Shown here: positions 1 to 8,149 of the stretch, in pieces
How positions within the stretch are numbered: position 1 is the stretch's first letter
Layout of the letters: each line of letters begins with the position of its first letter
Assembly (NCBI GenBank): GCA_050248615.1
Contig: JBFWSA010000052.1
Span: 1 to 10,195, forward strand
Length of the DNA: 10,195 nucleotides
Source of the DNA: Simkaniaceae bacterium
GTDB taxonomy: Bacteria; Chlamydiota; Chlamydiia; Chlamydiales; Simkaniaceae
Direction of reading: 5' to 3'
The notes under the pieces: generated by a model
Seen by the model: the letters and a program-made list of their open reading frames with translations, nothing else
Told to the model about the DNA's origin: nothing
Database searches by the model: none
Translations under genes and position numbers: made by a program

Positions 1-2
1 CT

Positions 3-173
3 CCAACCAGTCTTCTCTTTATTGATGAGAAAGGAGAAATTCCCGTATCCCTTTCTAGACATGGCCTTTATCAAGCCGGAAATGGTAAAGAGGCAGTTGA
101 GGAGAAAAGCTCGGCAGGAAAAGTTTTTTCTTCATGGCATGAAATTAAAGAGCAAATGGAAGGAGGAAGATGA
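3..173 (+). CDS. 3' end of a protein-coding gene truncated by the window start (hypothetical protein)
   Basis: Frame 3 is open from the window edge to TGA 171-173 (PTSLLFIDEKGEIPV...VFSSWHEIKEQMEGGR*). The stop overlaps the next ATG (ATGA, 170-173), typical of translational coupling. Confidence 0.7.
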   Translation, partial: PTSLLFIDEKGEIPVSLSRHGLYQAGNGKEAVEEKSSAGKVFSSWHEIKEQMEGGR

Positions 174-484
174 GCGAAGCCATTTTTTTTCCAAGACCTA
201 ATGGAGATGAAAAAGAGACGCAAAATTGGTATGAACTCGCTACAAAAGAGTTTGCTAAAATGGAACGTTTTTTATCTAAAGAGGTGGGGAAAGGGAAAGT
301 CAAAGATAATCTTCATGATCAACTCATTTGGCTCCGTCGTCAAATCAGTTATTATTTAGAGTCACATGATTTAGAAATGCTTGAGGAAAACTTCAACTGG
401 GTGGTTTCTAACTTTAATCACGACCTGAATCTTACCAAAGAGAAACAATTCAAGCCCATGCAAAAGCTTTCACGTCGCTTGTAA
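170..484 (+). CDS. hypothetical protein, 104 aa, charged and probably helical
   Basis: ORF track; AGGAGG at 161-166 just upstream; ATGA overlap with the preceding ORF; protein-like composition; no recognised motif. Confidence 0.7.
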   Translation: MSEAIFFPRPNGDEKETQNWYELATKEFAKMERFLSKEVGKGKVKDNLHDQLIWLRRQISYYLESHDLEMLEENFNWVVSNFNHDLNLTKEKQFKPMQKLSRRL

Positions 485-1673
485 CCTTTTCGCAATAAGG
501 AATTCTGGATAGAAGCAACCAAAAAGCAACTCCTTGCCATAAAACACCTTCATCGGGATTAAAATGGGCTGTATGATGACCTGTCTGCACGGCTTTTTTA
601 GCTCCCAAAAGCCAATAAGATCCTACGCGGTTTTGCAAATAATAGGAAAAATCTTCCCCGGAGAACATGTAGGGGATTTTACGGGTCACAAAATGGGTAT
701 CGAGGATTTGTTTGACGAACTGAGTATTATGGGGATCATTGATGAGGGGAGGGTAACCGGGATAATATACAAAGTGGGCGAGTTTGGCATCGGGATAGCT
801 TTGAATAATCAATTCAATGCGGTTGCGAATCGAAGCGATGAAGTCGTCTAAGCGCTCTTCGGGGAGGAAGTTACGCACTGCATAAGACATCTCTCCATGG
901 TCTGGTCGGATATTACAAGCCTTTCCCGCCTTTGAAATAGAAGGAACAAAAGAGATGATTTCATTAGGCCCAAGCTTACGGAGTTCATACCCACGAAGGA
1001 CCATATGAATTTCAGTCATGATATCGATGGCATTGGATCCGAGCTCGGGGCGCATCACATGTCCTCCTGAGCAGGTGATTTCTATATGCAATTGCCCTGC
1101 TTGGCACATCAAGTAGTGAGGTCGAGAGATGAAAGTGCCATACTCTTCTGTTGAAGAGATGTGCAAGGCATAGCAGTAACTCACTCCTTCAAGGACTCCT
1201 TCTTCTACCAGTTTGCTCCCTCCTGAGGGAAGGGTTCCCACCTCTTCTGCTCGTTGCCACACCAGGCGTAAATTGTAGTAAGGGATGAAAGCTCCTGAAG
1301 TCAAGACCTTAAGAGCTCCTAATAGCATGGCCGCATGGCAGTCATGTCCGCAGGCATGCATCTGTCCTGGATGTTTCGAAGTAAAAGGGAGCTCTGTTTG
1401 TTCTTCAATAGGAAGGGCATCAATATCGGCACGAAAAAGGATGCGGCTTCTATCTGGATGAAAATCAAGGTCTACATAGAGCCCCCCCTTTTTTTCATAG
1501 GAGGTCATTTTTACAAATGATGTTTTCGCCATTTTTCGGATCTCATTCTGAATCAGTGCGATTGTTTTTTCCTCTTGCCATCCTAACTCAGGAATTTCAT
1601 GAAGAGCATGACGCATTTTGGCGACATAATATTGACTTTCCTGCGCTAAGTTGAGCATCTCAGTTTCATTCAT
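450..1673 (-). CDS. M20 family (M20D-like) metal-dependent amidohydrolase/peptidase
   Basis: Family motifs RHALHEIPELGWQE, FRADIDALP, MHACGHDCH, WQRAEE, GGH, GEDFSYY, HHTAHFNPDE; AAAGGT upstream of the ATG. Confidence 0.95.
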   Translation of the reverse strand: MNETEMLNLAQESQYYVAKMRHALHEIPELGWQEEKTIALIQNEIRKMAKTSFVKMTSYEKKGGLYVDLDFHPDRSRILFRADIDALPIEEQTELPFTSKHPGQMHACGHDCHAAMLLGALKVLTSGAFIPYYNLRLVWQRAEEVGTLPSGGSKLVEEGVLEGVSYCYALHISSTEEYGTFISRPHYLMCQAGQLHIEITCSGGHVMRPELGSNAIDIMTEIHMVLRGYELRKLGPNEIISFVPSISKAGKACNIRPDHGEMSYAVRNFLPEERLDDFIASIRNRIELIIQSYPDAKLAHFVYYPGYPPLINDPHNTQFVKQILDTHFVTRKIPYMFSGEDFSYYLQNRVGSYWLLGAKKAVQTGHHTAHFNPDEGVLWQGVAFWLLLSRIPYCEKVTSDVKAFAWA

Positions 1674-1760
1674 GGCTACCTTTCAAAGACTTGTTGATAA
1701 AAGAAAAATTCTATCTCAAAAGGGTATAAAAAATAAATCCATACATGCTATCTTGAGTAT

Positions 1761-2090
1761 GGGAGTACGTGAGTATTCTCACATGCCAAAAAAGACTTAT
1801 CTTTCGATGAGCAAGTAAGGAGGTTCATTGATAATCTTCAAAAAGTTTTGGCATATACTTGAAGAGGTTACAGGCCTGAGAAGAGACATGTTTCTCAAAG
1901 ATTGCTAAAAGCGGTCACTTAAGGCTACTCTACTTATCATGTCTCTTATAGAGACGCAGGAACAGAGGAATGCCACTCGTTCGTGATGTAGGTAGAAGAT
2001 CAACGTAACTTCTTGACCTTCAATGTGACTTATCGTTTGGTGGGGATTAAAAGCTCTACTGGATGGTTTGGAACTTGAAGGTTTTTTTTT
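1761..2090 (+). ncRNA. candidate structured non-coding or small-ORF RNA (unassigned)
   Basis: Extended -10-like TGcTATCTT 1746-1754; hairpin GGGAGTAC-GTGA-GTATTCTC 1761-1780; long imperfect stem 1783-1854; hairpins 1877-1897 and 1941-1955; 8-bp inverted repeat 2016-2023/2075-2082 followed by T9. I do not recognise a known RNA family. Confidence 0.3.
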
Positions 2091-2099
2091 GGGGAAAAG

Positions 2100-2519
2100 C
2101 TAAGAGGTCGATTTTTTATACAAGGCTGTTACAGTAGCTGTAGCAATTAAGGTGGTGAAGGTGTTCGAGAATCCCCAAAGATAAGATAGTTGATAGCCTC
2201 GAAGAGAAGCTATTTTAATCATCACTAACTGTGGAAGGACTGTTAGAGCAAGTAGCCCTATGATTTGAAGAGGTTTCTCTTTGCAGTTCGTATCCCTCTT
2301 TGAGATCCGGTGATCGAGGATATGTATGAGAGTAAATGAGGGGACGATGGTAGTCGCAATGAGGGCATTTATCCCCGCAGGGGCTTTGAAAAATTTGGCC
2401 ACAAGCCCACAAGTAATCGCTGAGAGAGCGATGCCACCTGCATTCGCTTTTATGACAGTGGGATGGGATAAAATGTCACTGAGAGAATGGGTATGGTGAT
2501 AAATACATTTTGTTGTCAT
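2100..2519 (-). CDS. hypothetical membrane protein, 139 aa (paralog of 2522-2947)
   Basis: ORF track; about 4 hydrophobic segments; shares LVAKxxK, (I/L)DHR and IKxxSxxGxxxSxxW(G/A)F motifs with its neighbour; starts 2 nt after the upstream stop. Confidence 0.85.
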   Translation of the reverse strand: MTTKCIYHHTHSLSDILSHPTVIKANAGGIALSAITCGLVAKFFKAPAGINALIATTIVPSFTLIHILDHRISKRDTNCKEKPLQIIGLLALTVLPQLVMIKIASLRGYQLSYLWGFSNTFTTLIATATVTALYKKSTS

Positions 2520-2521
2520 CT

Positions 2522-2947
2522 TTATTCGTGGTCTCCCCTATCAGGTCCTTGTGCATGATAGTTAAGAATTTCAATTTCTTTCATGTAGAAGGGGATAGCA
2601 ACAGAGGTAAACGCCCAAAAAGTTGAAATAGGGTGGCCTTGTCTAGAGAAGTATTTAATTACCTGAACATTAACGAAGAATAGGGTTAAAGCGCGTGCGA
2701 TACGATAAAAAATTCCATGGGCTTGATCATCATTTTGAGCATACCGATGGTCAATGATACAAATGGCATGGAATCCCAGGCTGGTTGTGGCTCCAACAGC
2801 TGCAGCAACGTGGGTTTCCGATTTCAAGAGTTTTGCAACAAGATAGTGCAACCCTATATAGGTGGCGGATTCAGCAAAAATCTGCATTCCATGATTTTTA
2901 ATAATATCTGGAATAGTGTTATTGTGTGACAGGTTACAAGCAGCCAT
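2522..2947 (-). CDS. hypothetical membrane protein, 141 aa (paralog of 2100-2519)
   Basis: ORF track; SD-like AGAGGA upstream of the ATG; hydrophobic segments; motifs collinear with the downstream ORF. Confidence 0.85.
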   Translation of the reverse strand: MAACNLSHNNTIPDIIKNHGMQIFAESATYIGLHYLVAKLLKSETHVAAAVGATTSLGFHAICIIDHRYAQNDDQAHGIFYRIARALTLFFVNVQVIKYFSRQGHPISTFWAFTSVAIPFYMKEIEILNYHAQGPDRGDHE

Positions 2948-3059
2948 TTTTATTCCTCTTTCATAAATTTTCGGTAAGAAGTATACAAAAAAATTAAGAA
3001 TAAATAAAGAGATAAAAAAATCTTTTTACTAAATATTTATCTATTTGTTTATGAATGAT

Positions 3060-4319
3060 TTATGTATTTTTCTTGAGGCGTAGATTTTGAAAAAAATGGA
3101 GGTGTTTCTTCATTTCCCGCTCAAAGCCCCTCTCGGGAGGGGTATACAAAGAGGGCCTGGGAATTCCCTCTGGAAAATAATTTTGACCGGAAAAAGCTTC
3201 AGGCATGTCGTGATCATAGTGGTAGTTTTTCCCATATCCCTCTTGTTTCATGAACTGCGTAGGGGCATTAAGGATCGTTTTAGGGGGAAGGTGGTGAGCG
3301 GTTTCAGAGGCGAGTTTTTGAGCTTTTTTGAAAGCCACATAGGTCGCATTACTTTTTGGGGCGAGAGCTAAGTAAAGGGTTGCCTCGGCAAGGGCGAGTT
3401 CCCCTTCTGGAGATCCTAAACGTTCATAGGTCTCCCATGCCGCTAAGGCTAGAGGAAGCGCTTCGGGGTCAGCCAGTCCGATATCTTCTATAGCCATGCG
3501 GACTAAACGTCTTCCTAAAAAGTGGGGATCTTCTCCCCCGTCTAACATTCGTGCTAAATAGTAAAGGGCGGCATCGGGGTCAGAACCTCGCACAGACTTA
3601 TGTAAGGCGGAGATGAGGTTATAGTGATGGTCAGCGTGTCGATCATAGGGGGCGGGTTTCTTTTGGACCAGAGCACATAGAGTTTTCAAGTCGATCTCTC
3701 CCTCTTGGATGGTTTGGAGGTTTTCGAGCGTATTCAAGAGGTGGCGTCCATCTCCTTGTGAAAAACCAATCAGGGCATTTTTCGCATCAAGAGAGAGGGT
3801 GATCTTTTGAGATTTTGACTCAAAGCGGGTAATGATTTGCAGAAGGGCTTCTGCAGAGAGGGGATTTAGTGTCAAAACCCGCAATCTCGAAAGGAGGGCG
3901 TTGTTGATGGTAAAAGAGGGATTTTCGGTGGTAGCTCCGATGAGAATAAGCGTCCCATCCTCGATACAGGGGAGAAAAATATCTTGTTGCGCTTTGTTAA
4001 AGCGGTGGATTTCATCAATGAATACAATGGGCTGCCGTTTGAGGAGGGGGTGAGATTGAGTTTCCTGAATGACTTTTTTAATGTCTCCGATTCCGTTCAT
4101 CACACCGGTAAAAGGGATAAATAGGCGATCAAATGCTTTTGCATAAAGACGCGCGATCGTTGTTTTCCCTGAGCCGGGAGGGCCCCATAATAGAATGGAG
4201 AGGGGTTTCTTTTTTTCAATAATTTTAGAAAGGAGCCCCTCGGGCCCGACTAAGTGGTTTTGGCCGACCACTTCACTAAACTGACAGGGTCTAAGTTCTT
4301 CTGCAAGGGGAGTAGACAT
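3060..4319 (-). CDS. rarA: replication-associated recombination protein A (RarA/MgsA AAA+ ATPase)
   Basis: PLAEELRP N-terminus, Walker A GPPGSGKTT, Walker B FIDEIHRFNKAQQD, GATTENPSF, LISALHKSVRGSDPDAA, EDIGLADP, APKSNA. Start placed at ATG 4319 (MSTPLAE); GTG 4334 is the alternative. Confidence 0.96.
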   Translation of the reverse strand: MSTPLAEELRPCQFSEVVGQNHLVGPEGLLSKIIEKKKPLSILLWGPPGSGKTTIARLYAKAFDRLFIPFTGVMNGIGDIKKVIQETQSHPLLKRQPIVFIDEIHRFNKAQQDIFLPCIEDGTLILIGATTENPSFTINNALLSRLRVLTLNPLSAEALLQIITRFESKSQKITLSLDAKNALIGFSQGDGRHLLNTLENLQTIQEGEIDLKTLCALVQKKPAPYDRHADHHYNLISALHKSVRGSDPDAALYYLARMLDGGEDPHFLGRRLVRMAIEDIGLADPEALPLALAAWETYERLGSPEGELALAEATLYLALAPKSNATYVAFKKAQKLASETAHHLPPKTILNAPTQFMKQEGYGKNYHYDHDMPEAFSGQNYFPEGIPRPSLYTPPERGFEREMKKHLHFFQNLRLKKNT

Positions 4320-4334
4320 GACTGCATTATACAC

Positions 4335-5747
4335 CTATTGGTGTTTTTTGGGGATCCATGAGGGTTTGCGCAGTTGATAGATGACCAGAGGGATGGCCAT
4401 CATTATCAGTAAGCTGATGATGAGGAAAGATTCATAGACAAAAAGATTTCCCACACTAAATTCTGCAGGGGGAATATAGCCGATAAAAATCGCAAAGAGA
4501 GAAGCCAAAGCTCCAATGGAAGCAACCAGCCAGATGCCTTTATGAGGGTGAGGAATGCGATAAATTCTGGGAACATGGGGGTGAGTATATCTGAGGCGGA
4601 TGGCAGAGATAAACATGAGGACATACATCACCAAATACATTTGAGCAGAAATCACTGTCAGGATCCAGTAAGAGGCACTCGCTGTAGGCATATAAAGGAT
4701 CACTAAAGAGGCGATGGTCACAATAATAGCTTGGAATAAGAGGAGGTGGGTAGGCATTCCATGTTTATTAAGATTTTGGAAAAAGGGGGGGAGGTTTCCG
4801 TGGACTGAAGTGGTATATAGGGCTTTAACAGGTCCCATGATCCAAGAGTTGATTTCAGCAATAGCTCCCACAACTAAGAGGGCAGCAAGGAGAGGGAGGA
4901 GCCATCCTAAGTTATAATTGGCTAGATAGACCTTTAAAGCTTCCATCAAGCCTGCAACGAGGCTGATTTGATCTTTAGGAATGACGATAGCAATCGAAAG
5001 AGCTCCTAACATAAAGAGGAAGAAAGTGATAGCTGCAGCAATAATAATCGCTTTGGGAAAGTTTTTTTGAGGGTTTTTGACTTCACCGGCATATCCAGCG
5101 GAGACTTCAAGTCCCGCAAAAGAGAGGAAAAGTCCGGCTAGGAAAACAAGGTTAGAGATCTTGCTAAAGTCAGGCATCAGTTTATCGGGGGAAAAAGGGA
5201 TCTGTACAGGGTTTCCTAAAGCCATCCAAGTAATCCCTAAGCCAATAATGAAGATACCAGGGATAATGGTCCCAATGATGACCCCGATCGTACTGATAAT
5301 ACTCGACGTTTCGATTCCAAAATAGTTGATTAAGGTCATTCCCCAGAAGACGATCAGGACAACCGATAGGATATAGACTTTATTGGTTGCTAGGGTAGGA
5401 TCGATAATATAGGCGAGTGTAGCAGCCACAAAAGAGAGGATAGCGGGATACCAGGTGACATTATGGACCCATTGCATCCAGATTGCAAAGAAACCCCACC
5501 GCTCTCCTAAAGCTTCTTTGACCCAAATATAAATTCCCCCCGATTTAGTCCATCCTGTGGCTAGTTCTGCTGAAACAAGGGCGCAAGGGATCAAAAAGAT
5601 GAGGGCGACAAGAATGAAGAAAAAAAGCATTTTGTACCCGAGCTCAGAGACGAGAGGGAGGTTACGTAAGCTGGCCATGATCGAAACGTTGAACATGGCA
5701 AGAATAAAAATGGAAATAACACGTTTGTTCTTTGTGGGAGCGATCAC
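4335..5747 (-). CDS. APC superfamily amino acid permease/antiporter (GadC/XasA-like)
   Basis: About 12 hydrophobic segments; SLRNLP, AELATGW..SGGIYIWV..ALG, FAGLEVS...AGEVKNPQKNFPKAI, LRYTHPHVPRIYRIP. Start placed at GTG 5747, overlapping the glutaredoxin TGA (GTGA) with AAAGGA upstream; the track start is TTG 5777. Confidence 0.92.
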   Translation of the reverse strand: MIAPTKNKRVISIFILAMFNVSIMASLRNLPLVSELGYKMLFFFILVALIFLIPCALVSAELATGWTKSGGIYIWVKEALGERWGFFAIWMQWVHNVTWYPAILSFVAATLAYIIDPTLATNKVYILSVVLIVFWGMTLINYFGIETSSIISTIGVIIGTIIPGIFIIGLGITWMALGNPVQIPFSPDKLMPDFSKISNLVFLAGLFLSFAGLEVSAGYAGEVKNPQKNFPKAIIIAAAITFFLFMLGALSIAIVIPKDQISLVAGLMEALKVYLANYNLGWLLPLLAALLVVGAIAEINSWIMGPVKALYTTSVHGNLPPFFQNLNKHGMPTHLLLFQAIIVTIASLVILYMPTASASYWILTVISAQMYLVMYVLMFISAIRLRYTHPHVPRIYRIPHPHKGIWLVASIGALASLFAIFIGYIPPAEFSVGNLFVYESFLIISLLIMMAIPLVIYQLRKPSWIPKKHQ

Positions 5748-6004
5748 TGAAGAATATCCTTTCTTTCTTTGAGCCAATCGATGATATCATCGGATTCATA
5801 GAGGGGTTTTCCGTCAATAAAGAGACAGGGGACTTGGGCTTTACCTCCAAGGTGAAGCAATTCGTCTTTAGCTTTAGGGCTGTCTTCTATATTTTTCAGA
5901 GGGATTTCTAGATCGATCTCCTCAAGAAATTTCAAGACTTTTTTACAGTAAGGACAGGTAGGCCTGTAGTATAGGATCAAAATCGGCCTATGCTCTTTTT
6001 CCAT
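5744..6004 (-). CDS. glutaredoxin-like protein (CPYC active site)
   Basis: TCPYC dithiol motif, QVPCL cis-Pro motif, LYESDDII; ATG 6004 preceded by AGGTG preferred over TTG 6040. Confidence 0.92.
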   Translation of the reverse strand: MEKEHRPILILYYRPTCPYCKKVLKFLEEIDLEIPLKNIEDSPKAKDELLHLGGKAQVPCLFIDGKPLYESDDIIDWLKERKDILQ

Positions 6005-6076
6005 TAAGCACCTAATTTTTATACTTCCAAATTCAGACAAGTCATATAATTTCTAGAACTTAAAAGCAAAGGTTTT

Positions 6077-6241
6077 TATACTCAAACAACTTCAAAAGTT
6101 GGCTTTGGGCTAGCGCGAAAGCTTTCGGAATGCGTCGATCTTAAATGACCTAATATTAGAAATATGAGGTCATTTAAGATCGGCAAATTACAGTGCTTTA
6201 GCGCAGCCGAAAAATCCAATTTTTGAAGTTTTTTGAGTATA
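6077..6241. mobile_element. palindromic miniature element family A, copy 1 (165 bp, TA-bounded, ERIC/RPE/MITE-like)
   Basis: 26-bp terminal inverted repeats TATACTCAAACAACTTCAAAAGTTGG (2 mismatches); internal perfect 16-bp IR 6136-6151/6167-6182; about 89% identical by hand alignment to 8944-9106. Confidence 0.9.
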
Positions 6242-6262
6242 TGAATTTATACCGTAGGTCTG

Positions 6263-8149
6263 ATGTTCAGCGTTAACGAACTCACCATGATTTATGCAGA
6301 TAGAGTCCTTTTTCAAGATGTGACTCTCCATTTCAATAAAAGGCACCGGTACGGGCTAGTCGGGGCTAATGGTGCGGGGAAGACCACGTTTTTAAAGATT
6401 TTGAGTGGAAAACTGAAACCCACAAAAGGAGTCGTCCAAATCCCAAAAGAGGCGACGATAGGGATTTTAGACCAAGACTATTTCCGTTTTGGGGAGACTC
6501 CGATTCTCGATCTTGTCTTGATGGGGGATCAAATCCTCTGGCAAGCCTTAAAGAAAAAGGAGGAGCTTCTTACTAAGGCTGTCATGAATGAGGAGGAGAT
6601 GGAGGCTCTCAGTGGAATCGAATCCTACCTCTCCATGCATGGAGGCTACCGAGCCGAGGCTAAGGCTGCACAGATTTTAGATGGTTTAGGGATTCCTCCT
6701 AAACGTCATCAGATGCCTCTCAATACTCTGTCAGGGGGGTATAAATTACGCGTCCTCCTCTCTCAAGTGCTTTTTATTCAACCCGACCTTCTGTTGTTAG
6801 ATGAGCCGACCAATTATTTGGATATTTTTTCCATTCGCTGGCTAGAGAGGTATTTACTGGATTATCCAGGAACCCTCATTTTAAGCTCCCATGATCGCTA
6901 TTTTTTAAACCGTGTTTCTGAAGAGATTATCGATATCGATTTTGGAGAGATGCGGAGCTATCGAGGGAATTTTGACCAGTTTATCGAAAAAAAAATGGTT
7001 GAACTGGAATTGAAAGGGGCGATGCTTGCCTCCTATGCGAAAAGAAAAAAGGATATTCAGCGCTTTATTGATCGCTTTAAGGCCAAAGCTTCCAAAGCAC
7101 GTCAAGCCAGCTCTCGGGCACGTATGATTGAAAAGCTTGAAGAAGAGGAAAAAACTTATGACCAAATGCCCACTTCTCGGGAATATCCTCATTTTCATTT
7201 TGAAAGGACGCGCCCTTCAGGACACAATGTGGTCAAGGTCGAAGGGATGACTAAATCTTTTGCTACCCATCAAATTCTAGGGAATATTGGTTTTGAGATA
7301 GGGAGGGAAGAAAAGGTCGCTCTTGTGGGAGCGAATGGGGTTGGAAAATCCACCCTCTTAGAAATCCTTACAGGTCATGCTCAGGCCGATAAGGGACAAT
7401 ATAAATGGGGGCTCAATACCCATTGGGCCTACTTTCCTCAAAATTTTCACCGCCTTCTCAATCCAGAAGCCACTCTATATGATTGGTTAAGGGGAGTTTC
7501 AAAAGAGGCTTCTGATGAAGCGATTAGGCGAACTTTAGGTCAAATGCTCTTTGATGAACAGGCCCAGCATAATAAGATCCGTGCTTTGAGTGGGGGAGAG
7601 GCTGCTCGTCTCGTTTTTGGTTCTTTGATGTTGAAGGAGCATAATGTTCTGATTTTAGATGAACCGACCAACCACCTGGATATGAAAAGTACAGAAGCGT
7701 TGATTGAGGCTCTTAAGGATTACTCTGGTACTTTGATCATGGTCAGCCACAATCGCTACTTTATTTCAGAAACAGCCAATCGCATTGTTGAGCTCCATGG
7801 GGAAAAAGTGACCGATTTTTTAGGGGGATATGCCGAATTCGTAGAAAAACATGAGCGAGACTATTTAGATCGCAATACGAGTCAGCGGACAAAAGAGAAA
7901 AAAAGTTCTTCAGATGATAAAAAGCAAAGAAATCGACTCAAAAGAGAAATCGAGAGAGTGGAAAGGGAAATCACAAATGTAGAAACGGCTCTCCACATGC
8001 TTTATGAGACGCTTGCTGCCCCACAATTTTATGAAAAAACATCTGAAATTAAGCAGCAAGAGATTTTAAATAAAAAGGATGAGTTAGAAAGAAAGCGCGA
8101 TGAACTTTATGAAAAATGGGAAAGAGATCAAAAAGCTCTAGATAATTAA
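6263..8149 (+). CDS. ABC-F family ATP-binding protein (ribosome-associated, YbiT/YheS/Uup-like)
   Basis: Two ABC domains (GANGAGKTT..LSGG..LLLDEPTN..SHDR; GANGVGKST..LSGGE..LILDEPTN..SHNR), no transmembrane segments, interdomain linker FIDRFKAKASKARQASSR, C-terminal coiled coil. Confidence 0.95.
   Translation: MFSVNELTMIYADRVLFQDVTLHFNKRHRYGLVGANGAGKTTFLKILSGKLKPTKGVVQIPKEATIGILDQDYFRFGETPILDLVLMGDQILWQALKKKEELLTKAVMNEEEMEALSGIESYLSMHGGYRAEAKAAQILDGLGIPPKRHQMPLNTLSGGYKLRVLLSQVLFIQPDLLLLDEPTNYLDIFSIRWLERYLLDYPGTLILSSHDRYFLNRVSEEIIDIDFGEMRSYRGNFDQFIEKKMVELELKGAMLASYAKRKKDIQRFIDRFKAKASKARQASSRARMIEKLEEEEKTYDQMPTSREYPHFHFERTRPSGHNVVKVEGMTKSFATHQILGNIGFEIGREEKVALVGANGVGKSTLLEILTGHAQADKGQYKWGLNTHWAYFPQNFHRLLNPEATLYDWLRGVSKEASDEAIRRTLGQMLFDEQAQHNKIRALSGGEAARLVFGSLMLKEHNVLILDEPTNHLDMKSTEALIEALKDYSGTLIMVSHNRYFISETANRIVELHGEKVTDFLGGYAEFVEKHERDYLDRNTSQRTKEKKSSSDDKKQRNRLKREIERVEREITNVETALHMLYETLAAPQFYEKTSEIKQQEILNKKDELERKRDELYEKWERDQKALDN

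Noticed and set aside
1482..1496. C7/T8 homopolymer in the amidohydrolase (and G7 near 4785 in the permease) as phase-variation or frameshift sites
   Set aside because: Short tracts encoding ordinary Lys-Lys-Gly-Gly or Pro-Pro; reading frames intact and no useful alternative frame evident.
1761..2090. tmRNA, RNase P, SRP RNA or a known riboswitch in the intergenic gap
   Set aside because: Lacks the tRNA-like ends, RNase P GAGGAAAGUCC, SRP domain IV and the riboswitch cores I can recognise; retained only as an unassigned candidate.
564..7198. Short ORFs nested in or antisense to the M20, membrane-protein, rarA, permease and ABC-F genes (also 9382-9615 and 9856-10137)
   Set aside because: Fully overlap well-supported genes and show no motifs.
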